Part shown: piece after piece, positions 59,041 to 64,000 of the stretch
Layout of the letters: every line of letters starts with the position of its first letter
Position numbering within the stretch: position 1 is the stretch's first letter
NCBI GenBank assembly: GCA_012295275.1
Contig: CM022673.1
Span: forward strand, 9,486,001-9,550,000
Direction: 5' to 3'
Length of the DNA: 64,000 nucleotides
Source of the DNA: Chrysomallon squamiferum
Lineage: Eukaryota; Animalia; Mollusca
The notes under the pieces: generated by a model
What the model saw: only the letters and a program-made list of their open reading frames with translations
Told to the model about the DNA's origin: nothing
Database searches by the model: none
Program-made: the position numbers and the translations under genes

Positions 59041-62000
59041 ATGAGAATAAAAGACAACAAATTAGAATATAGTTAACAGGAGCACTGTGAAAAAGAAAGA
59101 AATGTATCTGTGTTGTTAACATTGAAAATAATTGTGTATATGTTTTTATATATGTATGTATTTATATACGTATATAAGAGTATATGTCTACTGTAAGTGT
59201 ATATATGTAAGCATTTGTCTTATAAATGTGTCTGTATGTATATATAATGTGTCTGTATGTATGTATTATGTGCATGTTTGTATACACAATATACAATTAG
59301 TAACCGAAGGTCTTTAATTAACAACCAAATGTTATCTTTCAAATGTACAAGACAATAAAACTGTTCAGAATCAAGTGGGCATCAATAATGTCATAATTTT
59401 AATATTAAATCTATCTTTTATAAATATCTTTTCATAAGAAGACAGCAAAAATGCAAACTATAGTTTTTGATAAATGGTCACATACTGGGTAGAATGGGTA
59501 AAATAGTCAAACCATTACATGAAGAAGCTTCCCCACATAACACTGGTATAGTGTTAACATTTAACTGTTGAAATTCAATTAAAATTAAATCACATGTAGC
59601 TCAATGGTTCAAGTGCAGGTGTGGTGCCTGCTGCAACTGTTACTAATACATTATTTCCCATTCTAACAAAATCCTTTTTCAATTTCACTTTTCTTATTGC
59701 TCAGATTGTTATCAGCCTTCACACATGCTATTCACTCCATGGGAATGAGCATGTGTGTACAAATCCATTGCTGGTAATAAGGATAGTCAATGGAAAATAT
59801 CATCAGCAGGGTTTCTTTTCATTCCATCACTTGTAGTATTATGAACATTATCATACTCCGATATATAATAAATCAATATTCATTTAATCATTCAGTAAAA
59901 ATTTACTAATCCCTTGCCCCCACTATCACAGTTAAGATAGTATATGTATTTATTTATGTGAGGTGTATTCACATCATGTAAATGTAACTCAAGTCTACTG
60001 ATTATAACAATTTATTCATCAATTATGTATAAATGTTGGTTGTAGATATCTATTTTAGTCTTCTTTTGTATTATGAAGCAAACGTGATTTTAATTTCCAT
60101 ATATGTATACATAAATATCAAAGAGAATTGAAATAATGTACTAAATATGATTTAATTCTATTATTATCTCTGCATTCATCTTTTTCTTCTTTTTTTTTTT
60201 TTTTATTTAGTAGTAGTAGTTTTTGCTTTTATTGTTATTTTTGCTATTGTAACTGTTGTTTATTTTTTTATTTATTGTAGTTCTTCTTTTTGTAGTTGTT
60301 GTAGCTGCAACTGTTATTTTGAAAATAATATCCAAACCAAAAATCAATAACATAATTTTATTTTTTTTTCAGATTAGAAATAATAAATAATTTATATAAC
60401 CATAAATAAACCAAATGATTCCATAAAATACAACATGCTGTCACTGCATGTTGTGGATAAAAAACAAAAAGCATTTAAATGCATTTTTTAAAACAAAAAC
60501 ACACATGCATGTATATTTAATATTTGTACTTCATGATACAAATAAATAAAATTTGAATCTACAAAAAAAACAACTCCATAGCTGTTAACATTTAAACAAC
60601 ATACAATTACCTTCAACAAGAATAATTTATATTTTTATTTTTATTTTTTTTTTTCTAATAAATATTTTCAGTGCATAGTGTCTAATATTATTCTGCTAAA
60701 TAAAATATGTGTTAGAACTAAAAAAAGACATTTCTTAAAATTTTGTATTTAAAAGTGCTAAATATAGCCAGTTTTGGTGTGATATCTGCACTGTTACAGT
60801 GTATGTATTATATTTTATTAAAAAAAACAGCAGTAATAATAATAAAAAGCAGTTTAAAAATCTTTAAATATTCACAAGTCATTTATTTAATAGATTTGTC
60901 CAGAAACAAATACTTGGGCAAAAGCCATTATATCAAGCTGTTGCAAAAGAACGTTGACTTGATGACAAGTGATAAATATCTCAAGACAAACCAATGTATT
61001 TTACATACACCCATAAATACTGTGCAACACATGCAAATACAACAGATAAAGTGGGAAGTAACTAATATTTAAAGCATTTACTTCAAGTATGATAAATCAC
61101 ATAATCAATCAACTATTGTGAACTCTTTCGAAGTATATCCAGTTCCAAACATGATCATGATTATTACACGCCTTGTGTGTATTTTCCAATCTATGGGATG
61201 GTGGATATAAAAAAAAAAAAAATTAAAGCAGCTGCATATAATGTTAACTAATGCCTAATGGGTTTTATTCTTTACAACTATTATGAAATCATATAAAGTG
61301 ATTATTCTCAAAAACAAACAGGAACAAAAAAAGTTTGGTTTGGATGGGTGTTTTCTTTACTTAGATTTTACATTTTAGTTCCTGACGAATCACAGGATCG
61401 TGGACACTGTTTGGTTTTGGGGGAATATTAGTTTAACGAGGGTCTGGTTTTGTGATACATAAAAATGATCAATTTTATATTAGGAAGATTAAGAAAAACT
61501 GATAAACATGTTCAAGTATATAAGTGTAATCTGACATTAACACCTTCGTGTTTATTAGTATACAATGTTTATTCATAAACACAATTAAATAATTAACTAA
61601 ACTGGTCCATTAAACACCTATTTAGGTTAAGAACAGATTTACTATCTAATGATTAGATATAAAACTGTGACCTGACTGCAGTGGAGATTCAGTCATAGAT
61701 ACTACACATATATAAAATGTACATAACTGATAAACATTAGTATCATTTAATATGTTTATCTGTAAGTAAGAATCATGTACCAGAAAATTATCTACAATAC
61801 AAATGATCATTGTTAAATAATACTTCAGTTAGTTTTGTTAAATAATACTTCAATTAGTTTTCATATTAATGGTTATTAGATACTGTGTGGCTTCTGTAAT
61901 AAGAAAATAAATGCTGCTAAAATGAATTTAAAAAACCCATCGGAACTCTGACACATAATATTACAGTCTAGCACATGGATTTTTCATAACATAGCAATTT

Positions 62001-62561
62001 ATTTGCTACAGTCAAAGAAATCTATTCACAAGAGCAGTAATATGCAAAAGATCCATCCAGGTATATGTGCCTTGAATCCTTAGGCAAATGCTGAACTGTA
62101 AGCCAGTATCAAAATTTAATTTTTGTTTTAATTCAAGATATAGAGGCTCTTTTTCAAAACAACTCTTCTGCATCCATTAAAAGTATCTTATTAAAAACTA
62201 ACAATAAATAAAGAAATAAACACCTAATTAATTTGATTTGCCATTTCAGTAATTGTTAATGTATAAACCCCTTTTCAAAATAAAGCTTTCTGCACCAACT
62301 AATTGTTTAAAAATTACACATAAATGAAAAATAAACACCCAATTAATTTAGCGTGCCCCATTTCAGTAACCGTTAATGAATCATAACATGAAGACTCCAC
62401 CTAAGCATTGTTCTGAGGTAACAAGGTTAATAACTATGTCTGCAAAGAGTAACTGTGAACTGACAGCACATCTGTATTATCACCGGCACAACCTGCTGAC
62501 ACACAAGGAAACATCCAGGACTGCTACATAAGCAAATAGGTTTAAAATCCTGCTCACTTAC

Positions 62562-62606
62562 ATAGACTGCTGTCATATCTCTCATCTCGGTGTAATATGT
62601 GTCCAT
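62562..62606 (-). CDS. Candidate alternative 5' exon of STK38 (MDTYYTEMRDMTAVY)
   Basis: GGAATGG start context, 15 codons, TAT|gtaagt, in frame with exon 1. Confidence 0.4.
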
Positions 62607-64000
62607 TCCGAACAAAATGAGAAACTAGTGAATCAAAATGAAAATAAATAAAAACGTACTGTATTATAGTAGACCTGCTGACCAGCACTGAAATCTTATT
62701 AATACTAACATGCATGGCAGGTAGAAGAAGAACTCAGTAAAAGAACTCAAACTTCATCAATTTAAAAATGTTGCTCATCAATAAAAGTAATAAATAATTT
62801 TTAATATAAAACAAAATAATAAGAAGAAAGAAAGAAAGAAAGAAAATAAAGAAAAAAGATAAAGAAACAATTTAGCATTTTTATATATTAAGAAATACTT
62901 TAAATAGTAAATTAAGGTTTGAATGTATTTATAAAAGATACATTTACAAGTTTATAACATTTGTACACCACAGATATAGAGAAATGCATACATATATCCT
63001 CAACACCAGCATCCTGTATTTTTTGTTGTTGTCCAAATACCTTTACATAACTCAAATTGCATTACATGTACAATACTTACAGTTACACGTTTGTGTGGAC
63101 CTGTCCACCAAGAGGCCACACTTTTAACTTTCTTCATAATGCCTTATACAACACATACACGCAGATAAAATTTGCACGAAAACAAACCATCAGTTACCTC
63201 ATTTGAATTCACTAAACAGTAAAATTTTAAGAGATAAAAAAAAAGCATGGGCCATTCTACATGCTGTCCATGCCATTTGTACATTAATTATATCCAAATC
63301 AATATCTCAGTGTGAGTAGCCTCAACATCTGGGACCAATTTATGTACAAGTAAGTTGGTCGCAATTCAATACAACTTGTACTTGAATGTGTGTAAAATCT
63401 CATGTAATTATATACAGCGACAGTTTTAACATGCACAGTAAGTACATGTATCAGATGATGATGGTTTTGAGGTCACACACAGCACAATCACATAGTAACA
63501 ACTTATCTGCATCTCTAATGTTTAAAGTTTTTATGCATAACTATCATTGTAGTTGGATCTCCATTCATATTGCTGAACATGTGATAACATGCTGATTTAT
63601 ATCTGATTTTCAATTTCAGTCATTACATCCATCGTAAATATGTTCATTTTCATTATGGAAAATCTGTCAACAGCTTTTAGTTCTGAAAATGTAAATATTC
63701 AAAACCTATGAAACAGGCACCACAGAAAATGTGTTGACTACTTAGTTTGGTGACACAATCTTCACAATATAAAATTACTTAGAAATATGTTGAGTAACTT
63801 ATAAACTTTAAATATTTCACGTCACATCTGCACAGCAATTTGCATCAAAGATGACTGGGATTAAAATAACAGCTTATGGATATAGAACTAGAAAGCACTG
63901 CATCACATTTGCACAGTTGTTTCTTATCATGACATGTCTGAGATTTGACTTAAGAAGTACTGGGATCTCAGCCTGGTACCAGCATTTGTCCAGAGCTAAT

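Noticed and set aside
60743-61072. 109-aa ORF
   Set aside because: Non-ATG start, AT-rich composition, no motif and no convincing splice context

Overview
Eukaryotic (animal) genomic DNA: very AT-rich and saturated with micro- and minisatellites. The style resembles a mollusc or cephalopod assembly, but that is inference only. There are two convergent spliced genes. (1) On + is the large terminal coding exon of a TMEM86A/YhhN-family lysoplasmalogenase (5482-6171). It is unusually GC-rich and carries two opposite single-base homopolymer indels. (2) On - is a complete NDR-family kinase (STK38/STK38L/tricornered) with 13 coding exons from ATG 52285 to TAG 19760, all GT-AG, giving 1389 nt / 462 aa. 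No CRISPR, rRNA, tRNA or autonomous transposon was seen. The most interesting unexplained structure lies in and upstream of the kinase gene: several candidate alternative 5' exons that would splice in frame onto an open 15-nt leader before the conserved ATG (two are Cys-rich); a clean 33-nt in-frame cassette exon candidate in the MOB-binding N-terminal region; a candidate internal first exon; a 142-nt intronic foldback hairpin; an intronic element that both copies the exon-6 donor and can pair with exon 7; and an intronic 46-codon smORF. All of these are predictions from sequence and need RNA evidence.
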